A stretch of DNA of 64,000 nucleotides from Hormiphora californensis (taxonomy: Eukaryota > Animalia > Ctenophora), in the NCBI GenBank assembly GCA_020137815.1, contig CM035362.1, forward strand, positions 4,960,001 to 5,024,000. Reading direction: 5' to 3'. Shown piece after piece: positions 12,901 through 24,149 of this stretch (its first letter is position 1; each line of letters starts with the position of its first letter). The translations under genes and the position numbers were made by a program. The notes under the pieces were generated by a model. That model was given only the letters and a program-made list of their open reading frames with translations, was not told the origin of the DNA and did no database searches.

Positions 12901-15900
12901 GTGGCCTTTTTAAGATCCCAAATTCTGTGAGCTCCCTCCGTAGTTCTTGGTATTCTCGATCTTCTCCATCTCCCTGTCCGAGACTGACCTGCCCTTTTGG
13001 TACAGGGGACACGATCAGAAGGCTTCCTTTTTAGTTTTTGTCTAGAAGGACCACGTCAGGTTTACATGCCTCGATGGGGTTTTCCGTCTGAATGTGGGAA
13101 ATCCCAAGAGGATCTTGCACGTTCCATTCTCGAGCACTTTCTCTGCATAGTGGCGCCACCAACTTTGATTCGGTAGGAAACCCGTGGTCCTTGCATATTC
13201 CCCAGTGCAGGGAGAGTACTCGTCGTTTCGGAGTTTAAGTCTCCGTTGGCAAGTTTCGTGCATCCGTTTAGGATGTTGTTCCACGGATCGTGGGGTTGGT
13301 TACAGTCCGGGGGCCCAAACTCTCAGTACTTCATTCTCTTTCTGTATGGCAGCTCTCAACAGTTCGTGCGAATGGCTTGATCCTGGGCAGCAAAGCCCAT
13401 CGGCTTCGGGTATCTGTGAGGCTCTCTTTGTTGAGCCAGGCCCAGGTCGCGTCAGGTCGCACCCCCTTCTTCAAGTTGCTTCAGGAATCTTCCATGTAAG
13501 ACTTTGTGTTTCCATTTTTTATAATTTTCCGTCTGTAGTTTTTCCCTTTCGGGGCCCTTCTGCGTTCTGGAGGTCCAGTTAGCATATCTTCAGATTGCAT
13601 CGCGTGGGGAGGCCACGGATTTTGGGGTCCGTGGAATTGGGAAGAATGTCCTAGTCCTGTCTCTTCCTTCACAATGACATCTTAAATCCGTTTGGAGACC
13701 CCTTCCTCCCATTTTTTCCTGCAAAACATACAGCCGGGTCAATGGTCACTGTTGTCTTGATGACTCCTCTTCTCAGGATTTCCTAGTCATCATGTCTAGT
13801 CCACTGGCTTCGGAAGTGGACCAGTCCAGTATTCCGGCACCGTAACGGATCACAGGTATTGCCCATGTGTTGATTGCTGTGATGAGGTTCTTGCCTTGCA
13901 GGCTCGAGGACAGTAGTTTTCTTGACTCTTCGGGTGTTTTCGGCTTTGACCTTAGCTTCTTTTCTTGATGAAGAATACGGTCAACCTCCAGGATGCCGAG
14001 GTTTACTTATAGCCTCCATCTTCCACCTCGGGTATTCTGTCTCACTTGGCAGGTTATTCCCTGCATCCGATTTCTGACTCCGTCCACAATGTCTAGAGCT
14101 CCGCACTTGGATAGACCAAAGGACCTGTTGATGTCAGTGCTAAACTTCTCAGTGACTGCTAAGAGCTGCTGGAGGTCCTCTTTCGAGCTGGCCCATACAG
14201 CTTAAGATCGTCCATGTATAGGCGGTTTGGGTGGTTAATACTAATATTGGATCTGGAGTTACTGGGTCAGATAGGTGTAGCCTTTTCCTTGGGCAGTAGG
14301 AGCATGGACAGGGGATCAGGGCTTAATAAAGTGAAATAGGGGAGACGGAGGTCCCCTTGGAAGAGGCCTCTCTTGATGTGTTTTTTACCAAAGGTCTGAC
14401 CCAGTTTGGCCCATTTTTGACAATACACTGCTGGAATGATGACTCGAATAGTCGGATTATCTGAGGGTTTATCCCGAAACATCTCCATTGACTTAAGGAT
14501 CCAGGAGTGGGGGTTTCGAGTCGTATGCCTTCTGGTAGTCTAGGAAAGCCATATACAAGGAAGACTTTGAGCGTTTGCAATGACGTAGGATAAGTTGTAA
14601 TTGCTAGTTGTTCTTCATCCCGACTCTTTTTGCGGCACCCCTTGCTCTTCCGGAAAGGCCCTTTTAAACATCGAGGTGCTGGTAGATGTCTTCTGATAAT
14701 ATTCCTGTATACAGCTTCCAGAGGTTCGGAAGGCAGGTTTGGGTTTTAAAAGTTCCCCGGGTTTGACATTCCCTTTTTGGGGTCTTTAATCAGGAGGGAA
14801 GGTCCTGCCTTCAGTCATCCATGCCGGGACTTGACTCGTATAATGAGACTTTCGTTGAGTAGCTCAGCTATCCGACCATGGAGGCAAGTCGTGTGTTTAA
14901 TCCAGAAGGCGTGGGAGACCATCTATACCTGGGGTTGACCAGTTGGTCATCCTTCCTTCACCCGAGCTGCAACTCTTTCCGTGGTGATCTGAAACTCTTC
15001 CTGTTGGCTGGACTGTTTCAAGTTCTCCTGGACTCCGTCTAACCATTCTGCTTCAGTGTTATGACCAGCCTCGTTTTCCCAGATATTTTTCCAGAAGTTA
15101 AGCGTCCTGGTCTGGTCTTCGGGAGTACAATCGAGTGGCGTGGGGTCCGATCCACGTTTCTCCAGTTTCCGGTAAAAGTTTCGTTGGTTGTTCTGGAACA
15201 GGTTTGTCAACGAATGTCTGCTGCTTCTTCTTGTATCTCTTAATCTTTCCGGCCTTCGCTAGCAGTCTCTGCTTCACTTCTTCTATAACTTGTTTTATAG
15301 CCTTCTTGGGCAGCAGCGGGTATCTTCTATAGATAATATCTATAGTTTGGAACTTGTGGGGTGGCACCTCTGCTCATTTCGGTCAGCCTGGAGAGGTTCT
15401 GAGCGAAGCTTGGCGACACTCTCTTCGAGTCGTCGCAGCCACATAGGTTGTTTATTCCTTCTGGGGGTGCTGTTGGTGGGTTTCGCTTGGTGCCCTTAAC
15501 GCCCATCTGTTCTCGGACCACATGGGCTACGGCCATCAGTAGCGTGTTCAGTGTGGTAAGGTCTGGAGTTTCAAAGGACTTGATTACCGGGCTGAGTCGG
15601 TCCAATTGCCACTCGTAGCTTCCCCAGGGGACATGCCTCAAGTCGGTGACTTTGATGGAGCTTGGTTCCTCGAGTAGTTTCTTGAACTGCTCCACGATTT
15701 CAGGGTCGGTGATGGCCCTTCCTCTTCCTCTTCCTCTTCCACTGGGTTTGTGGGGGGTTCAATGGTTTCTGGGGGTGGGTTGTCCTCTACCACAGCCTGT
15801 CGTGCCGATTCAGTTGCTTCACGGTCGGCTACTGCCGCTGTTCTGATTCCATCAGCTTCTGTGGTGAAAGGAGTCCCGACTGAGTTATAGATCTCAGTTG

Positions 15901-16423
15901 GGATCTAAGCTGGTCATCAGTCTTGGAAGGGTAGGTTGTCTTTGCCCACCTTTCCTCCACTCGGTTCCATACTCCTCTTTTGTCAGGTTGTGAGTACGAG
16001 TGGATGAACACGAGCGTAATGTTCATTTCTGTGGTCCATTTCGTTCGTGGCGCTCTAGTTGGGGGGTGGTGGTGGGGGATCGGCGGTGTCCCCATTTGCC
16101 GAGGTACTCGGACCCGCAGTGTTATCATTCACCGTGAGATCCACTTCCGGGAGTATATTTAGGCCAGATGCTGCTAGCCCTGCTAGCATTCGCTGATCAG
16201 CCATCTCCTGCGGTGTTACCATGTGTCCAGATTTCTCTATTGATCTGAACTGGCTTGAGAGTTTGGCACCTGTTAATGGGTCGTGTCCCTTGTCTTCCCA
16301 TAGGCGTTCGAGCCTCTTCCAGGATCCGGATGTGCCTGGGTTGCTGCTGTAGTAGCAGTACACCAAGTCTAGGTTCTCTTGCTTAGACCAGACCTTCCTT
16401 GGTTTACGGGTGTTAGTACTCAT
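12780..16423 (-). pseudogene. Copy 1 ORF (2x Myb-like, RT, zinc knuckle region, RLE), heavily frameshifted
   Basis: Starts MSTNTRKPRKVWSKQENLDLVYCYY; fragments HIKRGLFQGD, NNQRNFYRKLEK, WWRHYAEKVLEN match copy 2. Frameshifts may be consensus errors rather than real decay. Confidence 0.85.
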
Positions 16424-16717
16424 GTCGAATAAGATGAGTAAGTTTTGGGGGTGAGTTTCAAACCAAATCACTGTGTATACATAGTCATCGGTTTGTTAGA
16501 AGAAGAGCCGGGTTTGGGGGTCTTAACACTGCCACCGGTGCACAGCGGGTAACGGAATCCCACCGCCACATTTGGTCCGTTAGTGGATGGTTTACCCGGC
16601 CATCCTTGCAGCTTTTCAGCACGAACCGACCACCTTTCAGCGTACGGGTGTGTATCTATATGTTCTATATGGTGGATCTGTAACAGGGACATATATGTGA
16701 AGCATTATGATCTAACT

Positions 16718-17743
16718 GGAACGGGGTAAACTATCCTCCCAGGAACAGGGTAAACTATCCTCTCAGGAACGGGGCAACTATCCTCTGTGGAGCGGGGTAA
16801 ACTATCTCTCAGGTGCGGGGTAAGGGGTATACTATCCTCTCCGGAACGGGGCAACTATCCTCTGTGGAGCGGGGTAAACCTATCCTCTCAGGCGCGGGGT
16901 AAGGGGGTATACTATTCTCTCTGGATCGGGCAACTATCCTCTCCGGAAACGGGGCAACTATCCTCTGTGGAGCGGGGTAAACTATCCTCTCAGGTGCGGG
17001 GTAAGGGGTATACTATCCTCTCCGGAACGGGGCAACTATCCTCTGTGGAGCGGGGTAACTATCCTCTCAGTGTGGGGTAAGGGGTATACTATCCTCTCCG
17101 GAACGGGCAACTATCCTCTGTGGAGCGGGGTACAACTATCCTCCTCAGGCGCGGGGTAAGGGGTATACTATCCCTCTCCGGAACGGGGCAACTATCCTCT
17201 GTGGAGCGGGGTAAACTATCCTCTCAGGCGCGGGGTAAGGGGGTATACTATTCTCTCCGGAACGGGGACAACTATCCTCTGTGGAGCGGGGTAAACTATC
17301 CTCTCAGGCGCGGGGTAGGGGGTATACTATCCTCTCCGGACGGGCAACTATCCCTCTGTGGAGATCGGGGTAAAACTATCCTCTCAGGTGTGGGGGTAAG
17401 GGGTATACTATCCTCTCCGGAACGGGGCAGACTATCCTCTGTGGAGCGGGGTAAACTATCCTCTCAGGCGCGGGGTAAGGGGTATACTATCCTCTCCGGA
17501 ACGGGGCAACTATCCTCTGTGGAGCGGGGTAAACTATCCTCCTCAGGTGTGGGGTAAGGGGTGTACTATCCTCCTCCGGAACGGGGCAACTATCCTCTGT
17601 GGAGCGGGGTAAACTATCCTCTCAGGCGCGGGGTAAGGGTATACTATCCTCTCTGGATCGGGGCAACTATCCTCTGTGGAGCGGGGTAAACTATCCTCTC
17701 AGGCGCGGGGTAAGGGGTATACTATTCTCTCTGGATCGGGGTA
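16718..17743. repeat. G-rich higher-order tandem array upstream of the copy 1 leader (about 78-bp trimer of about 23/24/31-bp monomers)
   Basis: GGAACGGGGCAACTATCCTCTGT / GGAGCGGGGTAAACTATCCTCTCA / GGCGCGGGGTAAGGGGTATACTATCCTCTCC cycling. Confidence 0.95.
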
Positions 17744-18601
17744 CCCTATTAAAGGGAGGTTTAGGGGGTTAGCAGATTAGTAACAGATTGGTTAGTGGGT
17801 TGTAGATAAAGGGGCATTGGAGGTCCACAGGTGGCTGGAAGGTGCCTGTTCCACGGTAACCCTAAGCCGGGGAAGGCGGGGTAGGAACGTAATAGTTGGC
17901 GATGATACACTGTGGGCCGCCTAGCCAAGAAGATCTTTTTGTGTTTTGTATTTTATGATTTTTTTCCGTATTTTGATACACAGCCACGCTTAGCCACGGC
18001 AACACGGACCTGAAAATCGATTCAAGGGGAAAAAGGGGATGGGGGAAAGGTACTCCGGTGTGACCTTTCCGGGGGGAAACCGAATAGGAGGTGGGTGGCA
18101 GGGGACAAACCCCCCCCCCTCTCTCTCTCTCCTCTCTCCCCTCTCTCTCTTCTCCTATTTGCTCTCTGCTCTCCTTCTATCCTCCTATCTTCTTCCTCTC
18201 TCCTCTGGTCCATACAGCCACTCCACATGGGGCCGTAGGTCCCATGTGGGACAGGGTTTTAATCCCGAGCCCGGATCTGTTGGGCTGAGGGCCGGAGGGC
18301 CTGGGATAAGGGGTAGGGGAGCATGTCCCAAGGGGTAGGTTGACTGCCCTATGGTTAGGGAAGAAAAATAAAAAAGGGGGTAAAGCTCATGGTGGCGGAG
18401 CAAAGACCCCCTAACTATCTGGGGGAGGGCGCCTGGCCTGGAACGGAATTAAGAAGGGGTAACCTTAAAACGGGAACAAAGGGTCTGGAACAAAACGTCT
18501 GGGGAAGGGAGGATGTCAGGCCCGTTAAGAGCAAGGAGGAACGGGTGAAAGAACGGTAAAAACTAATACAAATATACATCTAGGTGGTTACAGGAGGCTG
18601 A

Positions 18602-21600
18602 TTAACTATCGAGGAACTTCCGGAGCGTGTTCATCGAGTTGAAGAGGGATGACTTTTGGAGCTGTGAGGGGGTATAATTGGCGAGTTATAGCCATCAGGT
18701 AATTCTCCAGTCGGGGCTAACTCCGCCAAGGGCTCCAATCACGATGGGAATGAACCGTGGCCTTTTTAAGTTCCCAGATTCGTGTGACCTCTCTCCTCAG
18801 TTCCTGGTACTTCTCGATCTTTTCCAGCTCTCTGTCAGAGACTAATCGGTCCTTGGACGGCGACAATCGATTGAGTAGTGCCTCCCTCTTTTGCTTGTCT
18901 AGGAGGACCAGGTCGGGTTTGCACGCCTCAATGGGGTTGTCCGTCTGGATGTGGAAATCCCAGAGGATCTTGTAATTCTCATTCTCGAGAACTTTCTCTG
19001 CATAGTGGCTCCACCACTTTGATTCAGCAGGAAATCCACAGTCCTTGCACAATTCCCCAGTGTAGGGCAGCAGCTACTCGGTCGTGTCTGTGCTTATAGT
19101 CACCGTTGGCCAGCTTCTGACATCCGTTTAGGATGTGTTCGACTGACTCGTTATGCTGGTTGCATATGCGACACTTCTCGGACTCTCCAGGTTGTTTCTC
19201 GATAGCAGCTGTCAGCCAGTTTGTGCGAGTGGCTTGCTCCTGGGCAGCAAATACATCAGCTTCGGTGTATCTGCTGAGGGCTTCTCTTGTTGAGCCAGGC
19301 CCAGGTCGCATCAGGGTCGCATCCCCCTTCTTCAAGTTGCTTCAGGAAACGTCCATTGCAGTGATTACTCTTCCAGTTCTCTATCAAGCTGCGCCTCCAG
19401 TCTTCTGTCAGGGTTTCGCGCCTCCTCTGGGAGTTCCGTTAGCATTCCTTCTCTTCCCATTGCTGTTTTGAGTGCAATTATCTTGGGATCAGTTGAGTTG
19501 CTGAAGAACGTCGCTAGTCCTGTTCCTTCCCCTTACTATAACGCTTCAATCCTCTGGAGGCCTCTTCCTCCCTTCTTTCTGCTCACATATAGACGATCAA
19601 CGTCGCTGTTGTATTTCAAGAACCCTCCTTCTTAGGATTTTCCGAGTAATTAGGTCCAGTCCCTTGGCCTCTGTGGTGGTCCAATCCAGTATTCCGGCAC
19701 CGTATCGAATCACCGGTATTGCCCCACGTGTTGATTGCAACGACGAGGGTTTTTACCAGACAGGTTGGAAGACAGTAGTTTCTTAAGTCTTCTGGTTGTA
19801 TTCGGTCTTAACCTTGGCTTTTCATTTCCTTGATGTAGAATCGAGTCAGCCTCCAGGATACCAAGGTATTTATATCCACCATCTTCCACTTCCGGGATTG
19901 TCTTTCCACTCGGTACGATCTATTCCCTGCATTCGACTTCTGACTCCGTCCACGATGTCTAGTGCTCCACATTTGGATATACCAAAGGACATGTTAATGT
20001 CTGTGCTAAACTTCTCGGTGACTGCCAACAGCTGCTGTAGGCCCTCTTTCGAGCTAGCGTATAGTTTAAGATCGTCCATATAGAGGCGGTGGTTAATATC
20101 AATATCTGTGGTGGGTTCTTCTGGATCAGAAATGGTGTAGCCTCTTCCTTGGGCAGCTAGGAGCAAGGATAGGGGGATCAGTCCTATAATAAAATGTATC
20201 GGGGAGACAGAGTCTCCTTGGAAGAGGCCTCTTTTAATGTGGACTTTGCCTAAGGTGGAGCTGGATTGGACTAAATTAACTATACACTGCTGGAACGATG
20301 CCTCGAACAGTCGTATGATCTGTGGGTTTATTTTCAGCATTTCCATTGATTTCAGAATCCAGGAGTGTGGGATCGAATCGTACGCCTTCTGGTAATCAAT
20401 GAAGGACATATACAGGGAGGATTTGGTCCGTTTACAATGACGAAGTATAAGTTTGTCGATTGCTAACTGTTTCTTTACATCCTCTGCTCTTCCTGCGGCA
20501 ACCCTTTTGTTCTTCAGGGAAGAGTCCGTTAACGTCGAGGTGTAAGTAGATGTCCTCCGACAGTATTCCTGTATATAGCTTCCAGAGGTTTGGGAGGCAG
20601 GTTATGGGTCTGAAGTTCCCCGGATCGCTCATACCTTTCTTGGGGTCTTTCATCAGCAGGTATGTTCTGCCTTCCGTCATCCATCCTGGGACCTGGCCTG
20701 TAGTAAGGCTTTCATTGAGCAGCTCAGCTATCCGTCCATGGAGACATGCTGTGTGCTTGATCCAGAAGGCATGCAGCCCATCTATACCTGGGGACGACCA
20801 GTTGGTCATTCCCTTCACACGGGTGGACACTCTTTCCGTGGTGATCTGGAAGTCCTCTTGCTGGTTGACCGCCTCAAAGTTCTCTTGGATTTCATCTAAC
20901 CACTCTGCTTCAGTGTTGTGGCCGACGTCATTCTCCCATATGTCTTTCCAGAAGTTAAGTGTCCTCGTCTGGTCCTCTGGTGTGGATTCGTGCGGTATGG
21001 GGTCTGATCCTCGTTTCTCCAACTTTCTGTAGAAGTTGCGCTGGTTGTTCTGGAACAGGTTATTGTCAGCGAAGGTCTGCTGCTTCTTCTTGTATCGTCT
21101 TATCTTTCCGGCCTTCGCTAGCAATCTCTGTTTGACCTCCTCTATTACTTGCTTATAGCCTTTCTTGGGCAGGAGTGGGTATCTTCTATAGATATTATCT
21201 ATAGTTTGGAACTTCTGGGTGGCTCCTCTGCTCATTTCGGTCAGCCTGGATAGGTCTGAGCGAAGTTTGGCGACACTCTCCTCGAGTCGTCGCAGCCACA
21301 TTGGTTGTTTGTTCCTTCCGGGGGAGTTACTGGTGGTTTCACTTGGTGGCTTTATACCCATTTGTTCCCGGACAACATGGGCTACCACCATCAGGAGGGT
21401 GTTCAGTGTGGTAAGGTCTGGGACTTCAAACGATCTGATGACCGGACTAAGTCGGTCGATTACCACACGTAGTTTTCCCCATGGGACCTGTCTCAGGTCA
21501 GTGACCTTGATGAGGCTCGGTTCATCAAGGAGTTTTTTGAACAGCTCTCTGGTTTCAGGGTTAGGCGCTGGTTCTTCGTTTTCCACTGGGTTTGTAGGTG

Positions 21601-22270
21601 CAACGGGTTCTGGAGGTGGATTGTCCTCTGGCTCAGCCTGCCGAGCCGCGTTGTCGTTCTCACGTTCAGATGTGGCCGCTTCTCTGATTTCCATGAGCCT
21701 TTGTGGTGAAAGGAGTCCCGTATGAGTTATAGAATTCATTTGGGATCTGAGCTGGGTATCAGTCTTGGCAGGGTAGGTTGTCTTTGACCATCTCTCCTCC
21801 ACTCGATTCCACACTCCTCTTATTTCTGGCTGTGAGTACCAGTGGATAAACACGAGCGTAGTGTTCATTTCTGTGGTCCATTTCGTCCGTGGCGCTCTAG
21901 TAGGGGGTGGTGGTGGGGGTGGTGGTGGGGTTGGGGCATCGGTGGTGTCCCCATTCGTTGTTGTACTGGGACCAGCGGTGTTACTATTAACCGTGAGGTC
22001 CACTACCGGGAGTACGTTTAGGCCAGTTGCTAGGGCTTGCATATCTGTCATCTCCGTCGGAGTTACCATGTGTTCAGATTTCTCTATAGATCTGAACTGC
22101 CCAGCGAGTTTTTTACCTGGCAGTGGGTCATATCCTTTATCTTCCCACAGGCGTTCTAGCCTCTTCCAGGATCCGGATGTGCCTGGGTTACTGCGGTAGT
22201 AGCAGTATACCAAGTCTAGGTTCTCTTGCTTAGACCAGACCTTCCTTGGTTTTCGGGTGTTTGTACTCAT
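18602..22270 (-). CDS. R4-clade polyprotein, about 1200 aa with several frameshifts: 2x Myb-like, RT, CCHC zinc knuckle, restriction-like endonuclease
   Basis: FRPITCLPNLWKLYTGIL, IDYQKAYDSIPHSW, RGLFQGDSVSP, HRLYMDDLKLYA (RT); CRICNQHNESVEHILNGC (CCHC); YKHRHDRVA, KPDLVLLD, EKIEKYQEL (RLE); ends QKSSLFNSMNTLRKFLDS-stop. Confidence 0.93.
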
Positions 22271-22313
22271 GTCGTATAAGATGAGTAAGTTTTGGGGGTG
22301 AGTTTCAAACCAA

Positions 22314-22911
22314 TCATACTACTTACTAAGCAAATTGTGTAACGGTGGTCACCTAGCAACTACACTTGCACGTGCAATTATTAGAGGGACCTGGAGAGTG
22401 GAGACCTCTCTCCCAGTTGCAGTTGGGAACCAAGGGGAAATTCAATTCTGCACGTGCATTCTTTTACTTCTGTCCTGATGTCTTGCTCTTCCACCCAAAG
22501 TGCTATTCGGCAACGTTTATCTAGGTCCAGGAGAACTGCTGCTGTCAGGGAGCAGGCTAGAGAATATGACAGATTACGCCAACGTGTTCAAGCGAGCCAA
22601 TCAACGACTACGGATAGCTTTACCCAAAGTCGCCCAAGCGTGATTACTCCAGTCGAATACAGAAATCTCCAAATCGGCTACATAGCGGCCAAGTTTTCAC
22701 GTGATGAATTTCTGGAACAGCACTGCACCTCCATGACATTGATCTCTTAAATTCGCAACTCGACATTGTCAGGAAGCCCAGAGCGTACACCAACATGAGT
22801 AGGGAGAAAGTGAGAGATAGGCTAGGAACGGATGGTGCAGGTGATGTCAGCGTTCCCTAATCCAGCTATCATTTCCCCGAAATTCGCCCGTAGGGCGAAC
22901 GGGCCTACTAG
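22314..22911 (+). mobile_element. Non-autonomous Helitron (about 600 bp)
   Basis: 5'-TC, 3'-CTAG, subterminal hairpin TTCGCCC-GTA-GGGCGAA, inserted between A and T with no TSD; the empty site is visible in retroelement copy 1 (CCAAATCACTG near 16465). Confidence 0.93.
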
Positions 22912-23151
22912 TCACTGTATATTCATAGTCATCGGTTTGTTGAAAGAAGAGCCGGGTTTGGGGGTCTTAACACTGACACCGGTGAGCAGCGGTAACGGAA
23001 TCCCACCGCCACATTTGGTCCGTTAGTAGATGGTTTGCCCGTCCATCCTTGCAGCTTTTCAGCACGAACCGACACTTTCAGCGTACGGGTGTGTATCTAT
23101 ATAATATGTTGGATCTGGGACAGGGGCCAGTGTGAAGCATTATGATCAACG

Positions 23152-24030
23152 GGAACGGGGTAAACTATCCTCTCCGGAACGGGGCAACTATCATCTGTGG
23201 AGCGGGGTGAACTATCCTCTCTGGAACGGGGTAAACTATCCTCTCAGGAACGGGGTATGGGGTAGACTATCCTCTCTGGGACGGGGCAACTATCCTCTGT
23301 GAAGCGGGGTAAACTATCCTCTCTGGAACGGGGTAAACTATCCTCTCAGGAACGGGGTATGGGGTAGACTATCCTCTCTGGGACGGGGCAACTATCCTCT
23401 GTGAAGCGGGGTAAACTATCCTCTCTGGGACGGGGCAACTATCCTCTGTGAAGCGGGGTAACTATCCTCTCAGGAACGGGGTATGGGGTAGACTATCCTC
23501 TCTGGGACGGGGCAACTATCCTCTGTGAAGCGGGGTAAACTATCCTCTCTGGCATGGGGTAAACTATCTTCTCAGGAACGGGGTATGGGGTAGACTATCC
23601 TCTCTGGGACGGGGCAACTATCCTCTGTGAAGCGGGGTAAACTATCCTCTCTGGAACGGTGTAAACTATCCTCTCAGGAACGGGGTATGGGGTAGACTAT
23701 CCTCTCTGGGACGGGGCAACTATCCTCTGTGAAGCGGGGTAACTATCCTCTCAGGAACGGGGTATGGGGTAGACTATCCTCTCTGGGACGGGGCAACTAT
23801 CCTCTGTGAAGCGGGGTAAACTATCCTCTCTGGAACGGGGTATGGGGTAGACTATCCTCTCTGGGACGGGGCAACTATCCTCTGTGAAGCGGGGTAAACT
23901 ATCCTCTCCGGAGCGGTGTAAACTATCCTCTCCGGAATGGGGTAACTATCCTCTCCGGGACGGGGCTACTATCCTCTGACGGGTAAACTATCTTTGGGAC
24001 GGGTAGGAATTACGGGCAACTATCTCTGTG
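23152..24030. repeat. G-rich higher-order tandem array upstream of the copy 2 leader
   Basis: Same core (CGGGGYAAACTATCCTCT) as 16718-17743 but with diagnostic variants GGGACGGGGC, GAAGCGGGG, GGGGTATGGGGTAGAC; decays after about 23950. Confidence 0.95.
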
Positions 24031-24149
24031 ACATCAACTCTCATCTGACGAGCCGCCATATCTCTCTCCTCTCAGCCCTTTATACTATATCCAAAGCCTG
24101 CCTGACCTATCCCAACAAACCCCACGCCAATTCAACAGCAACTGAGACG

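Larger units (their letters stand above)
11290..17743 (-). mobile_element. R4-clade (R4/Dong-like) RT-RLE non-LTR retrotransposon, copy 1
   Basis: Colinear with copy 2 across the 5' array, leader, ORF and 3' region; left boundary approximate because sequence quality is poor. Confidence 0.85.
17744..24030 (-). mobile_element. R4-clade RT-RLE non-LTR retrotransposon, copy 2 (with a Helitron in its leader)
   Basis: Single long ORF with RT and C-terminal RLE; 3' region 17744-18601; leader 22271-23151; array 23152-24030. Confidence 0.92.

Noticed and set aside
16519-16560. TAACACTGCC..CCGGT resemblance to a twister ribozyme
   Set aside because: Antisense to the element, altered in copy 2, and the remaining twister pairings are not found.
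20550-22199. Plus-strand ORFs overlapping the retroelement
   Set aside because: Antisense shadows of the RT ORF with no independent support.
16718-24030. Repeat arrays beside a reverse transcriptase as a CRISPR- or retron-like locus
   Set aside because: No unique spacers, no cas genes, eukaryotic context; the RT is a typical non-LTR RLE type.
24040-24090. CTGACGAG hammerhead core (+) and TATAAA/Inr pair (-) beyond array 2
   Set aside because: No stem II-GAAA follows the core; TATA-to-Inr spacing is about 38 nt and there is no second copy to confirm it.
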